A stretch of 64,000 bases of DNA. Source: Bacteriovoracia bacterium. GTDB taxonomy: Bacteria > Bdellovibrionota > UBA1018 > JBFWNL01. The position numbers and the translations under genes were made by a program. The notes below the pieces were generated by a model that worked only from the letters and a program-made list of their open reading frames with translations, was not told the origin of the DNA and made no database searches. The stretch covers positions 224,001 through 288,000 of the forward strand of contig JBFWNL010000003.1 of assembly GCA_050251055.1 (NCBI GenBank), given 5' to 3'. Every line of letters starts with the position of its first letter. Position 1 is the first letter of the stretch. Of the stretch, positions 29,270 to 38,640 are shown in pieces.

Positions 29270-30889
29270 TTAGGCCGCGCCTTCGCCTTCACCCGGGCCA
29301 CGCTGATTGCCGCCCGCCGCGGCCGCGGCGGCCGCCATTTTACGCTTATCTAGGCCGTACTTCTCGACCTTCATGATGAGGCCGGCGCGGGAGATGCCGA
29401 GCTCTTTGGCGAGCCGGCTCTTGTTCCACTTCGTACGGCGAAGACCTTCGCGGATCATCGTCTTTTCGAGCTCTTCCAAGGCGTCCTTCAGCTTACCCGA
29501 AACACGCACGCCTTGAACCTTGGCATTGGCGCCGTGCTCACGGATGCGTTGCGAGAGCATATCCGCGGAAACTCGGACTTCATCGCCCGATAGCACGATC
29601 AAACGCTCAATCTCGTTCTGCAGCTCACGAATATTGCCGGGCCACGGATAGTCGAAGATCTTTTCCATCGCGCGCTTAGCGAGCGCCTTAAGCGGAACCG
29701 CTTTTTCTTTGCATCCATTCATGAGGAAGTTATCCACGAGCAGCGGGATATCTTCCTTGCGGTCGCGCAGCGGCGGGACCACGATATTGATCACGTTGAT
29801 GCGATAGTATAAATCTTCACGGAACGTGCCCATTTCGACCATCTCTTTTAGATCTTTATTGGTCGCCGCGAGCACGCGGACGTCGACCTTGCGCTGCTCG
29901 GTGCCGCCGACCGGCGTCAGCGTTCCTTCCTGCAGGACGCGCAAGAGCTTCACTTGCATCGCAAGCGTCATGTCTCCGATTTCGTCCAGGAATAAAGTCC
30001 CGTGGTTCGCGGCCTCGAACAAACCCTTCTTGTCCTTGAACGCGCCGGTGAACGCACCTTTCAAGTGACCGAAAAGCTCGCTATCGAGCAAGTTTTCGTT
30101 GAAAGCCGAGCAGTTCACGGTGACGAAGTTAGCGTCTTTTCGCGACGAATTGTAATGGATCGCGCGCGCGATGAGCTCTTTACCGGTGCCGTTTTCGCCC
30201 TGAATCAAGACCGTCGACTCCGAAGTCTTGATCTTGTCGAGCATCGAGTAGAGTTCCTGCATGGGCTTCGACTTGCCGATCATCGAATCGTAGCTATAAC
30301 GTTCGCCCAGCTGATTATTCAACGCGCTGATGCGTTCTTCACGTTTCGTGATCTCGGTGTGAAAAGCGATGATTTCTTGGGCGACCAGGTCCACGAGCTC
30401 GTGGAAGTACTTGCCTTCGCCCTCGTCGAGCACGCGGAGGCGGGCTACGGCCTGTTCGAAGTGCTCGCCGTCCACGCCGTATTGCTCGGCGCGGGCTTTG
30501 GCTTTTTTCTTATTGGCTTCGCTCACTTCCTTCTCGATGAAGGAGTACGCGAAAACACTGCCTAAAAATTCGCCATCCATCGTGATGGGCGTGATGAAAG
30601 CCTTTTCGACGCCCATGGGGCCATCGACTACTTTATGGGCAGGGTCGCCCTTCAGGAAGCTTTCGTTGGCTTCCGTCATGTGCTTGAGTACCAGCTCGCG
30701 CCCCTTGTCGGTCGGCAAAAGCAACGCGCACAGCGGGTTCTTGAACATGCGCTGACGATCCAGCGGATCGTAATTTTTTACGTTGCCGCGCTCGTCGAGG
30801 AAGAAGACTTCGGTATTGAACCATTGCGCGAGGATGTGCTCGAGCTTGCGGATGACGTGGATGTGTTTTAGCTCTTCCCAATTGATCAT
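29270..30889 (-). CDS. Sigma54-dependent activator (bEBP) with N-terminal PocR-like sensor and Fis HTH
   Basis: GENGTGKE, ELFGHLKGAFTGA, LFLDEIG, WPGNIREL, WNKSRLAKELGISR. Confidence 0.92.
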   Translation of the reverse strand: MINWEELKHIHVIRKLEHILAQWFNTEVFFLDERGNVKNYDPLDRQRMFKNPLCALLLPTDKGRELVLKHMTEANESFLKGDPAHKVVDGPMGVEKAFITPITMDGEFLGSVFAYSFIEKEVSEANKKKAKARAEQYGVDGEHFEQAVARLRVLDEGEGKYFHELVDLVAQEIIAFHTEITKREERISALNNQLGERYSYDSMIGKSKPMQELYSMLDKIKTSESTVLIQGENGTGKELIARAIHYNSSRKDANFVTVNCSAFNENLLDSELFGHLKGAFTGAFKDKKGLFEAANHGTLFLDEIGDMTLAMQVKLLRVLQEGTLTPVGGTEQRKVDVRVLAATNKDLKEMVEMGTFREDLYYRINVINIVVPPLRDRKEDIPLLVDNFLMNGCKEKAVPLKALAKRAMEKIFDYPWPGNIRELQNEIERLIVLSGDEVRVSADMLSQRIREHGANAKVQGVRVSGKLKDALEELEKTMIREGLRRTKWNKSRLAKELGISRAGLIMKVEKYGLDKRKMAAAAAAAGGNQRGPGEGEGAA

Positions 30890-30921
30890 GGCTTAGTCCC
30901 TCGGTTATTGACTCAAGTGAC

Positions 30922-30948
30922 TCTTCGGCAAAAGCGTCAAAAGAGTTA
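30922..30948 (-). promoter_or_regulatory. Sigma28-like promoter for the bEBP gene
   Basis: Minus strand TAAC-N15-GCCGAAGA. Confidence 0.5.
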
Positions 30949-31076
30949 ACAAGATTTTCCAACTCTTTGACACCGATGTACGTTTTCTAGGCATGTCCAA
31001 CACTTAGCCAGCCCGAAACTGTTAAGAAATAGGCCTTGGCAGCAGCCTTAATATCCGATAAAAAGACTAAATTCTT

Positions 31077-32300
31077 ATGGCTTTTAAGTTCTTTGATAGC
31101 GCCTCGACCACTCGCTGTTGCGACGCCGCTACCCGCGTGCTTCGTCAATTCAGTGACGAGGATTACGGAAATCCGTCCTCCAGTCACGCGATGGGCGAGA
31201 AAGCCTCACAGGCGATCCGAGACGCTCGCCAATTTTTCGCGCGTTACTTCCAGGTCCAGCCCGACCAAGTGATTTTCACCGGCAGCGGCAGCGAGTCCGA
31301 CAACCTTGCCGTCTGCGGTGTCGCCATGGCCGCGATGGCCGAACCCAAGCACCGGCCCACCGATCCGGCCCCGATGCGGGTGATCGCCTCCTGCATCGAG
31401 CACCCGGCCGTTAAAAGCGCGGTCGAGTCACTCAAAGCCTTCGGGTTCGACGTTCAATTCGTAAAAGTCGATCAGGATGGCAAGATCAATGAGCAGATGC
31501 TCGATGAGATGCTCACGCCGGCAACCCTGCTCGTGAGCATCATGACCGTGAACAACATCGTGGGCTCCGTGCAAGACATCGAAGGCTTAGCCAAGAAAGT
31601 GAAGGCGAAGGTTCCCCACGCGATTTTCCACACCGACGCCGTCCAGGCCTTTGGAAAAGTCGATATCCCGCGCGCGCCTTCGGCGGTGGACCTCGTTTCG
31701 ATCTCTGGCCATAAAGTGTACGGTCCCAAGGGTATCGGCGCACTCATCGCGCTGAACCCGACCCTCATGAAAACCGGGCGTTTGCGTCCGCTCATCTGGG
31801 GCGGCGGCCAAGAGGGCGGATGGCGCTCCGGCACCCAAAACGCGGGGCTCATCGGCGGGTTTCACGCCGCGGCCGCGCACATGATCGAGAATCGCCAGCA
31901 CTTCCAAGAACACACGGCCCGCCTACGCGATCATTTTAAGAAGTCGCTCGAGTCCCGGGGCCTCCTCACGAGCGACGCAAAATCACCGCTGCACTGGAAC
32001 TCGCCGGCGGACGCGGTTCCTCACATCGTTAGCCTTTCGCTTCCCGGCATGCCCACCGGGCCGCTTTCCAAGCTGCTCGAAGAGCGTGGCTGCCTCGTTT
32101 CGACGGGATCGGCTTGCAGCTCCAAGAAAGCGGCGCCCGATCACGTGCTCGAGTGCATGGGCAAGGATTCCTGCGACACCCAAAGCGGCCTGCGCGTGAG
32201 CTTTTGCTCCTCGAACACCCTCGAAGAAGTCGATTGCTTGGTGACGGCGCTCGACGACTCCATCCAGCGCGTCCATCAGCTGCTCAGCGGCAACCTCTAA
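31077..32300 (+). CDS. Class I cysteine desulfurase (NifS/IscS family) partnered with ThiI
   Basis: DSASTT, GNPSS, HTDAVQ, SGHKVYGPKG, GSACSS. Confidence 0.92.
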   Translation: MAFKFFDSASTTRCCDAATRVLRQFSDEDYGNPSSSHAMGEKASQAIRDARQFFARYFQVQPDQVIFTGSGSESDNLAVCGVAMAAMAEPKHRPTDPAPMRVIASCIEHPAVKSAVESLKAFGFDVQFVKVDQDGKINEQMLDEMLTPATLLVSIMTVNNIVGSVQDIEGLAKKVKAKVPHAIFHTDAVQAFGKVDIPRAPSAVDLVSISGHKVYGPKGIGALIALNPTLMKTGRLRPLIWGGGQEGGWRSGTQNAGLIGGFHAAAAHMIENRQHFQEHTARLRDHFKKSLESRGLLTSDAKSPLHWNSPADAVPHIVSLSLPGMPTGPLSKLLEERGCLVSTGSACSSKKAAPDHVLECMGKDSCDTQSGLRVSFCSSNTLEEVDCLVTALDDSIQRVHQLLSGNL

Positions 32301-32303
32301 GCC

Positions 32304-33599
32304 ATGACGTCCCCAATAAGCGAAGTTATCCAACCCGTTCTCATCCGCTACGGCGAAATTGCGCTCCGCAAGCGCAACCGGCCCGTCTTCGAGCGTAAAC
32401 TCGGGGAGGCCGTGGCGCTGACCGTGAGGCGCGCGTGGGAACGCGCGCACCCCGACCGCGAAGCCCCACCAATTTCCTATTCATTACTGCATGGACGCCT
32501 TTTCCTGCACGCGCCGTGGAACGAGATCACCCGCGACGCCATCCAACGCACATTCGGCATCGTGAGCTTCAGTCCCGCTCGTACCGTGCCAACCGAGCTG
32601 CCCGCGCTCGTCCGCGCCGGTAAAGAAGAGTTCGCACGCTACGTCGAAAATCGCGGTTTGCCGGCGAACTTCGCGGTGGAGACCCGCCGTAGCGACAAGG
32701 CCCTGCCCGAGACTTCCATGCAGATCGACTCGGCCGTGGGGGCCGCCATCCTGGAGAAGTTCCCGCAGCTACCGGTGAAGCTGCAGAAACCCGCCTGCAC
32801 CTTGGGGATCGAGATTCGCCGCGGACATTCGTACGTGTGGACCGAAGTGATCGACGGGCCGGGTGGTCTGCCCTACAGCAGTAATAGCAAGGTCCTTACC
32901 CTGCTTTCCGGCGGCATTGATTCGGTGGTCGCCGCGATCCAAATGCTCAAACGTGGAGCACCCACCTCACTCATTCACTTTTACGGAACGCCGTTCGTGG
33001 GGGAAGACGTGCTGCACAAGGTGCGCGACCTCGCGGGGCTAATCAATCGCTACGCGCCCGCCCCGCAGAAACTCTATGTGGTCCCCTTTGGAAAGATCCA
33101 AGAGAAGATCGCGCTCGCCGTGACCCCCACCTATCGGACCCTGCTTTACCGCCGCATGATGATGCGAATCGCGACGGAAGGTGCGAAGCTTATCTCGGCC
33201 CGCGCCCTCGTTACGGGCGATAACCTCGGTCAGGTCTCTAGCCAGACGCTCGAGAACATGGCCACGGTAGAGGACGCCTCCGGGCTGCCGGTACTCCGGC
33301 CGCTGCTCACCTACGACAAGCAGGAAATCGTCGATATTGCCCACCGCCTGGGGACCTTCGAAACCTCCATCCGCCCGGGCCTGGATTGCTGCACGCTCTT
33401 TGCGGACCGAAACCCTGCGATCAAAGCCCGTCTGGATTCAATCTTAGCCGAAGAAGCGAAGTTTCCCGTGGACGAATACGTGAAGGAAGCGCTGGCGGGA
33501 GCGTGGCTCGATCACGCAAATGCCGCTAGTAGAGTGTCTGTACCGCTTGCCGATACAGTTCGAGCTTCCAGTTCTGCGGCCCCAGCCATTTCGTCGTGA
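32304..33599 (+). CDS. thiI: tRNA 4-thiouridine synthase ThiI (THUMP + PP-loop, no rhodanese domain)
   Basis: IRYGEIAL, LLSGGIDS, TGDNLGQVSSQTLEN, DCC. Confidence 0.93.
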   Translation: MTSPISEVIQPVLIRYGEIALRKRNRPVFERKLGEAVALTVRRAWERAHPDREAPPISYSLLHGRLFLHAPWNEITRDAIQRTFGIVSFSPARTVPTELPALVRAGKEEFARYVENRGLPANFAVETRRSDKALPETSMQIDSAVGAAILEKFPQLPVKLQKPACTLGIEIRRGHSYVWTEVIDGPGGLPYSSNSKVLTLLSGGIDSVVAAIQMLKRGAPTSLIHFYGTPFVGEDVLHKVRDLAGLINRYAPAPQKLYVVPFGKIQEKIALAVTPTYRTLLYRRMMMRIATEGAKLISARALVTGDNLGQVSSQTLENMATVEDASGLPVLRPLLTYDKQEIVDIAHRLGTFETSIRPGLDCCTLFADRNPAIKARLDSILAEEAKFPVDEYVKEALAGAWLDHANAASRVSVPLADTVRASSSAAPAISS

Positions 33600-34080
33600 T
33601 TTTTCCGTCCCGGCTGATCAGGAAAGTCTCCGGATACTGGTAGGAGCCATAATGCTCGGCCGTCTTCGTACTCGTGTCCAACACCGAGACGATGTGTGGA
33701 GGCCACTCCCCGCCCGGCAAGACCTTGGCCGCATCCTCCCAATTGGCGTCCAAACTCACGAAAATCAACGCGGTCTTTTGGGGATCTAAGGTTTTCCCAA
33801 ACTCGAGCATCGGCGCGAGCTCATCAAGGCAGGGCGGACACCAACTCGCCCAAAAATGGATTAACACTACCCGGCCCTTGAAGTCGGCCAAACCCCTAAG
33901 CTTACCCGCTTTATCCGGATGGCTGAAGGCGGGGGCGGGCCGAAGGGCCGCCGAGCCTCCCTCCCGAGCATCCCGGGGGCGATTCAGGACAAAAAAGACC
34001 GTCACGATTCCGACGAGGGCGACAAAGAGACCGCCGATCAGTAGCTTAGACTTACGGTTTTCATTCATGTATTTCCCCAT
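33526..34080 (-). CDS. TlpA/ResA-like membrane-anchored thiol-disulfide oxidoreductase
   Basis: N-terminal TM; FWASWCPPC; YPETFLI; exact start uncertain. Confidence 0.9.
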   Translation of the reverse strand: MGKYMNENRKSKLLIGGLFVALVGIVTVFFVLNRPRDAREGGSAALRPAPAFSHPDKAGKLRGLADFKGRVVLIHFWASWCPPCLDELAPMLEFGKTLDPQKTALIFVSLDANWEDAAKVLPGGEWPPHIVSVLDTSTKTAEHYGSYQYPETFLISRDGKITTKWLGPQNWKLELYRQAVQTLY

Positions 34081-34132
34081 CTTCCCGCGTCGAAAGCGGA
34101 AATAAAACATGATTTCAAGCAATTACCAAAAT

Positions 34133-34162
34133 TTGCATTCCGCCGCGTTTCCTCAGTATAAT
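34133..34162 (+). promoter_or_regulatory. Sigma70 promoter of the HNH gene (likely leaderless mRNA)
   Basis: TTGCAT-N18-TATAAT, 7 nt before ATG 34170. Confidence 0.6.
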
Positions 34163-34169
34163 CAATAGT

Positions 34170-34697
34170 ATGGGAGATCATACTCTCGTACTAAACGCCT
34201 CCTTCGAACCTCTGTCGATCATCAGCTGGCAACGAGCCATCCAACTTTTATTCCTGGGCAAAGTCGAAGTCATCGAGGAGTCCGAGCGCGAGATTCGCAC
34301 CGTGCGCTTCACGATCAAGGCGCCCGCCGTGCTTCGCATGCTCAGCTACATCCCGATCGCGAAAAAGCGGCAGATCATCCGTTTCTCCCGCGCCAATGTT
34401 TTCATCCGGGACCAATACCAATGCCAATACTGCGCCGACGTGCTGCCTCGCCAGCAGCTCACGCTCGATCACGTCGTGCCCTCCGTCCAAGGCGGGGAGA
34501 AAAACTGGCACAACATCGTCACTTCCTGCAAAGATTGCAACCAGCGCAAAGGGGGTCGCACGCCGGCGCAAGCGAACATGCACCTCATTCGGAAGCCGCG
34601 CGAACCGCGCTGGCTGCCGAGCAGTCAGTTGAATTTCAGCATTTCCTTCATGCCCGACCGCTGGAAAACGTATTTATACATCGATACGGAAGTCTAG
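34170..34697 (+). CDS. HNH endonuclease family protein (McrA-like)
   Basis: LVLNASFEPL, RDQYQCQYC, TLDHVVP, WHNIVTSCKDCNQRKG. Confidence 0.92.
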   Translation: MGDHTLVLNASFEPLSIISWQRAIQLLFLGKVEVIEESEREIRTVRFTIKAPAVLRMLSYIPIAKKRQIIRFSRANVFIRDQYQCQYCADVLPRQQLTLDHVVPSVQGGEKNWHNIVTSCKDCNQRKGGRTPAQANMHLIRKPREPRWLPSSQLNFSISFMPDRWKTYLYIDTEV

Positions 34698-34702
34698 GTC
34701 CC

Positions 34703-35221
34703 GTGGCGCTCCTGAAAAAAAAGAAAACCCAGCCGGCGGATAAGGCCACTGGCGAAGCGGCCACTCCCCATCCGGTAGCGGAAGCGATTGATCTCTGTCT
34801 TTCCCTCTGCAAAGACACCCTTCCGGATCCCCGGTCGGTGGAAATCGTCCACCGGCAGGTTCTAAAAAAATTGCAAACCTCCAAGGGTGAGCGCCGCTTC
34901 CGCGAATTCGAGCGCGCCTGGGTTTTGAAAACCGCCTTTCAAAGCATACTCGCCGTAGGCAAGCGCTTGCCCCGCCGCCTGAGTGCCGCCGAGCAGTTGG
35001 GACTCGATGCTAGCGCGGGAGTGGACTCCCGCCTGGGCCAGTTCGACGTGTACTTCAATCGCCTTCACGTGGAAGAGCGCGTGCTGCTCGTGCTGCTGGA
35101 AAAATACAAGTTTCCCATGGAAGAGGTGGCCATGATCATGGGCAGCCCCCTGGGCACTCTGAAACTGCGTCGCCACCAGGCCATGAAATCCCTGCGGGAG
35201 TGGATTTGGGAACAGCAATGA
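34703..35221 (+). CDS. Divergent ECF-type sigma factor-like protein
   Basis: Region 4-like RLHVEERVLLVL...MEEVAMIMGSPLGTLKLRRHQA; weak region 2; coupled to an anti-sigma gene; GTG start inferred. Confidence 0.6.
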   Translation: MALLKKKKTQPADKATGEAATPHPVAEAIDLCLSLCKDTLPDPRSVEIVHRQVLKKLQTSKGERRFREFERAWVLKTAFQSILAVGKRLPRRLSAAEQLGLDASAGVDSRLGQFDVYFNRLHVEERVLLVLLEKYKFPMEEVAMIMGSPLGTLKLRRHQAMKSLREWIWEQQ

Positions 35222-36141
35222 ACTGCGGAGAATGGAACCGCCACTTTTCCGATTACCTCGATGGCGTGCTTCCCGAAGCGCTCCAATCGGAAACCGACGC
35301 GCATCTAAAGACCTGTCAAAAATGCACGTCCGAGATGAAACAGTTCCGTACCTTGGCCGAGGTGCTGGCCAACAAGGCGCCCCAGAGCGCGCATCTCACG
35401 GTTGCCGGACCGGCGGTCACCGCTCCAAAACGCTGGGAGCGGGCGCCCTGGTTCATTCGCAGCGGCGTCGAAGGCATGGGCGTCGCCGTGATGGTGCTCG
35501 CGGTCGTACTGGCCCTGCCCCGCTTGCGCGGATTCTACGAAAACAACCTGGAAAAGCGACTATCGGCGTTCGACATGGCCGATATCGTTTCGGACCAGAG
35601 CGTCCCGAACCAGAAAAAATCGGCGGCCGCGCCGGACGGTGGCGACCCTCTGTCGGCGGCGATCCCCCCCGACTGCACGAGCAACTCGGTGGAGTGCATG
35701 ATTCCACTCGCCGCCACGGAAACGCCCGCGGTGGCCGACGCGGCGGAAACCCTTGAGGAAGAAGCGCCCCCCGAGGAAGAACCCACGCCCGAGCCCGTGA
35801 ACATCACCGTGGGTAACTCCGAGATCTGGCGCTTTGAGATCAAAACGGAAAGCCCTCAGGAAATCAAACCCTGGCTGATCCAGACCCTCTCGGAGGTCGC
35901 CGAGGCGACGGATCCGCTCACTCCCAACGAAGTTCCGGGCGGTATCCAGTTTGACGTGCTCATCAAGAAAGAATCTGTGCTCAGGCTCAAGGGCCTGCTC
36001 GAAACGAAGGTGAAGCCTACTCCGGGAACTCCCGTCGTCGCCGGTGTCCTGAAAAACTCGCTCACCTGGTTCAAAAAACGCGCTCCCCAAGGCGTGCCCA
36101 CCGGCAAAACGCGCGTGGTGGTCTGGGTTTCCCAGATCTAA
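35218..36141 (+). CDS. zf-HC2 anti-sigma factor with TM and periplasmic domain
   Basis: MNC...SDYLDG...HLKTCQKC; ATGA overlap with the sigma-like gene. Confidence 0.85.
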   Translation: MNCGEWNRHFSDYLDGVLPEALQSETDAHLKTCQKCTSEMKQFRTLAEVLANKAPQSAHLTVAGPAVTAPKRWERAPWFIRSGVEGMGVAVMVLAVVLALPRLRGFYENNLEKRLSAFDMADIVSDQSVPNQKKSAAAPDGGDPLSAAIPPDCTSNSVECMIPLAATETPAVADAAETLEEEAPPEEEPTPEPVNITVGNSEIWRFEIKTESPQEIKPWLIQTLSEVAEATDPLTPNEVPGGIQFDVLIKKESVLRLKGLLETKVKPTPGTPVVAGVLKNSLTWFKKRAPQGVPTGKTRVVVWVSQI

Positions 36142-36144
36142 GTT

Positions 36145-37476
36145 TTAAGGATTGTACGACTCGAGATCGACCCCCGGGGCCTGCTTATCCCCTTCCACGC
36201 GTTGGTCGAAATATTCCTGGGAGAATATCAGGCGCTGACTCTTGTTCTGGCCACTTGGTTTCACGATCTCCCGGTTCTGATGTTCGGGAATCTTTTCATC
36301 TGGGAAATACTTGCGATAAATCAGCTGTACCCGACTCAACGAGGCCGGCTTGCCGTCAGTGCCGGCGGCCACTGCCTGATCCGAGGTCGGATGTCGGTCA
36401 GCGGAGCCTGCGCCCGTAACGTCCGCGGCGGTCCTCGCTCCCAAATCGTCCACGGTCGTCTTCAAAATATGCTTCATGCGCGCGGTTTCAACTGCCTGCT
36501 CCTCGGGCGTGGGCTTGGCCGCAGCCGCGCCTCCATCCTGGCGATTGACGGCGTCGATTAGCATATTGCGCGCGCGGATATAGGCGACGATCCCCAGCTT
36601 GCCGGATGCCGCTTCGAGATTTTTATGCTCGACGATGGACTTCGTCCCTGGCCTCACGGCGTAGTTCTCGGCCGCTTTCATCTCCTTGCGGTAATCGGCC
36701 ATTCGGTCCTTGAAAGCCTCATATTTTTTGACCGCGGCTTCGTAATCTTTGCGACGAAAGCAAATTCCCGTGGGTGTCTTGTCCGGACAATAAGGGTCGC
36801 GGCGAATTCGGGAAACCTTGCCCACGGCGGGATTATCCGGATCGATCGGGACCATGCTATATTCCACAAAGTCATCGATGTTCGGCACCGGTTGGGTGTT
36901 GGCGTTCACCCACCGCTCAAATTTGGCGTTGTTTACGTCGACCTGCCGTAAGGAGGCGTCGGAGTCATAAACCCGCGCGAGATCCGCGGCCGTCGGCGGA
37001 TCGATGGGACGCTCCGGCTTACGCAGCTCGGGATTGTCCACCACGATCGTGCCCCCGATTTTTTGATCGTAGGCCACCCCACTGGGATCCACGACGCGCA
37101 CATTCGAGTCCAAGCTCTTGATCTGATCGCCCAATTTCACGTGGGCCTGCCGGAGAGCGTAGAGTTCTTCCTTCGTCACTCGCTTGTACCGACGGAAACA
37201 GTCGTCGCCGCTCTCCCCGACGTAGCAAAAACCGCCGAGGTTCTCCCGCGCCAATTGGTCGCGTTGATCTTGGGTACGCGCGCTCGCTAATGCGCTTTCT
37301 AGCAGGTCGATCTTTTCTATGGTGTAAAGGGTCTGCAGGGAATTGAGATCCTGGGCCCGGCGATAGGCGCATTCCTGTCCGCATTCGCGATAGGCGGAAT
37401 CATCCGCCCAAACCGCGAAAATCGGGGCTAGGAGCAGCGATAGCCATAGGGTGAAGCTGCAGACCACTCTGAACAT
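36145..37476 (-). CDS. Secreted hypothetical protein with three Cys pairs
   Basis: Signal peptide MFRVVCSFTLWLSLLLAPIFAVWA from ATG 37476; no recognised domain. Confidence 0.7.
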   Translation of the reverse strand: MFRVVCSFTLWLSLLLAPIFAVWADDSAYRECGQECAYRRAQDLNSLQTLYTIEKIDLLESALASARTQDQRDQLARENLGGFCYVGESGDDCFRRYKRVTKEELYALRQAHVKLGDQIKSLDSNVRVVDPSGVAYDQKIGGTIVVDNPELRKPERPIDPPTAADLARVYDSDASLRQVDVNNAKFERWVNANTQPVPNIDDFVEYSMVPIDPDNPAVGKVSRIRRDPYCPDKTPTGICFRRKDYEAAVKKYEAFKDRMADYRKEMKAAENYAVRPGTKSIVEHKNLEAASGKLGIVAYIRARNMLIDAVNRQDGGAAAAKPTPEEQAVETARMKHILKTTVDDLGARTAADVTGAGSADRHPTSDQAVAAGTDGKPASLSRVQLIYRKYFPDEKIPEHQNREIVKPSGQNKSQRLIFSQEYFDQRVEGDKQAPGVDLESYNP

Positions 37477-37490
37477 ATGCCCTCTTAAAG

Positions 37491-37507
37491 AGCAAAGAGC
37501 AGGCCAA
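37491..37507 (-). promoter_or_regulatory. Sigma54 -24/-12 promoter
   Basis: TTGGCCTGCTCTTTGCT (GG-N10-GC). Confidence 0.6.
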
Positions 37508-37582
37508 GCCCTCGACGCCAGCGCGCCATCTCGCGCATATATATATCTGAAATCACTCAGCTTTCGGTCCACTACCCTAGGC

Positions 37583-37613
37583 TTATCGGCGGAAACTCGC
37601 CCAAAGCTTAGAC
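37583..37613 (-). promoter_or_regulatory. Sigma28-like promoter overlapping candidate UAS GCCCAAAGCTTAGAC
   Basis: Minus strand TAAG-N16-GCCGATAA; imperfect palindrome 37599-37613. Confidence 0.5.
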
Positions 37614-37653
37614 AGTTGGCGAGGGAACGACGATCGAGCGGCGAGGCGCCCCG

Positions 37654-38640
37654 TCAGAACGCCAGCGGCAACGATTGAAGAAGCTCCCCGTTCGCCGCCT
37701 TGCGGGCCTCGAGCGTCAACCGCGGCTTGCCGCCTTTTTCTTCGGGCCATTCGATGACCACGGACCCGTAGTTTTTCTCGACGAAGCCTTTCCCAACTCG
37801 CGCCGGATTCCGGGGTGGGCCTCCGACGCGCACATGCGTGAGCCCGCTCGAAGTGAAATCGTAAAGGGGCTTGCCGTCGGCCAGCTGAACCGTGGCGACC
37901 TCGGTAAAGTGACGATCACCGCTGATCACGAGGTAATTCCGGCCGCGCGCGCGCCCTTCGACCAATCGCTGAAACAGCCGCGCTCGGTCGGTGGGATAGC
38001 CTCCCCACGTGTCTCCCCCCGTCCCCATCGACACCACCTGGGTGCTCGAGCCGATAATCGTCAGCTGGGCTTCGTCTTCCCGCAGAACTTTCTCCAACCA
38101 GATCCACTGCGCGGGCCCCAGGATCGTCGCCGAGTCGGGTCCAGGTACGTCGCGAAAATAACGCTCATCCGGCAAAATCACCCGCACCTGGCGTCCGGTA
38201 GGACCGTAGGTCCAGGTTTGGTAGATCCCTTCCTGCGCACGTTGCGGGCTGTCTTTAGTGAAACCGAAAAAATCCAAAAAAAGCTGCTGACTCTCGCGCC
38301 GATGTTTGTAGTTCTTGCCGACGTTATTGTCGCCGTAATCATGATCATCCCAGGTACCGATCATCGGCACCGCGCCCGCGAACTTCACGAAGAAAGGATT
38401 GCGCTTGAGCCGATTCCACTCCTTCTCGCGTCCGGACGGGGACTTAAGATCGGCGTAGATATTATCACCTAACCACACCCAAAGCTGGGGTGCCTGCTTG
38501 GCCACGGATTCCCAATAATTCTGTGGATCCGTCTGATGGTTACAGGAACCGAAGCTGAATCGGGTCAAGGTGGATTCCACACTCGGAACCGGCGTCGCGT
38601 GCGCCCCGCCCACCCACAAAATCAATGCGGCTAAAACCAT
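37654..38640 (-). CDS. phoD: PhoD-family alkaline phosphatase (short form)
   Basis: FGSC, LGDNIYAD, WDDHDY, SGDRH; Sec-type signal from ATG 38640. Confidence 0.88.
   Translation of the reverse strand: MVLAALILWVGGAHATPVPSVESTLTRFSFGSCNHQTDPQNYWESVAKQAPQLWVWLGDNIYADLKSPSGREKEWNRLKRNPFFVKFAGAVPMIGTWDDHDYGDNNVGKNYKHRRESQQLFLDFFGFTKDSPQRAQEGIYQTWTYGPTGRQVRVILPDERYFRDVPGPDSATILGPAQWIWLEKVLREDEAQLTIIGSSTQVVSMGTGGDTWGGYPTDRARLFQRLVEGRARGRNYLVISGDRHFTEVATVQLADGKPLYDFTSSGLTHVRVGGPPRNPARVGKGFVEKNYGSVVIEWPEEKGGKPRLTLEARKAANGELLQSLPLAF

Noticed and set aside
34170-34697. HNH as a homing endonuclease, IscB/Cas-like or mobile element
   Set aside because: Typical stand-alone ~175-aa bacterial HNH; no RuvC, repeats, intron, terminal repeats or space for an ncRNA
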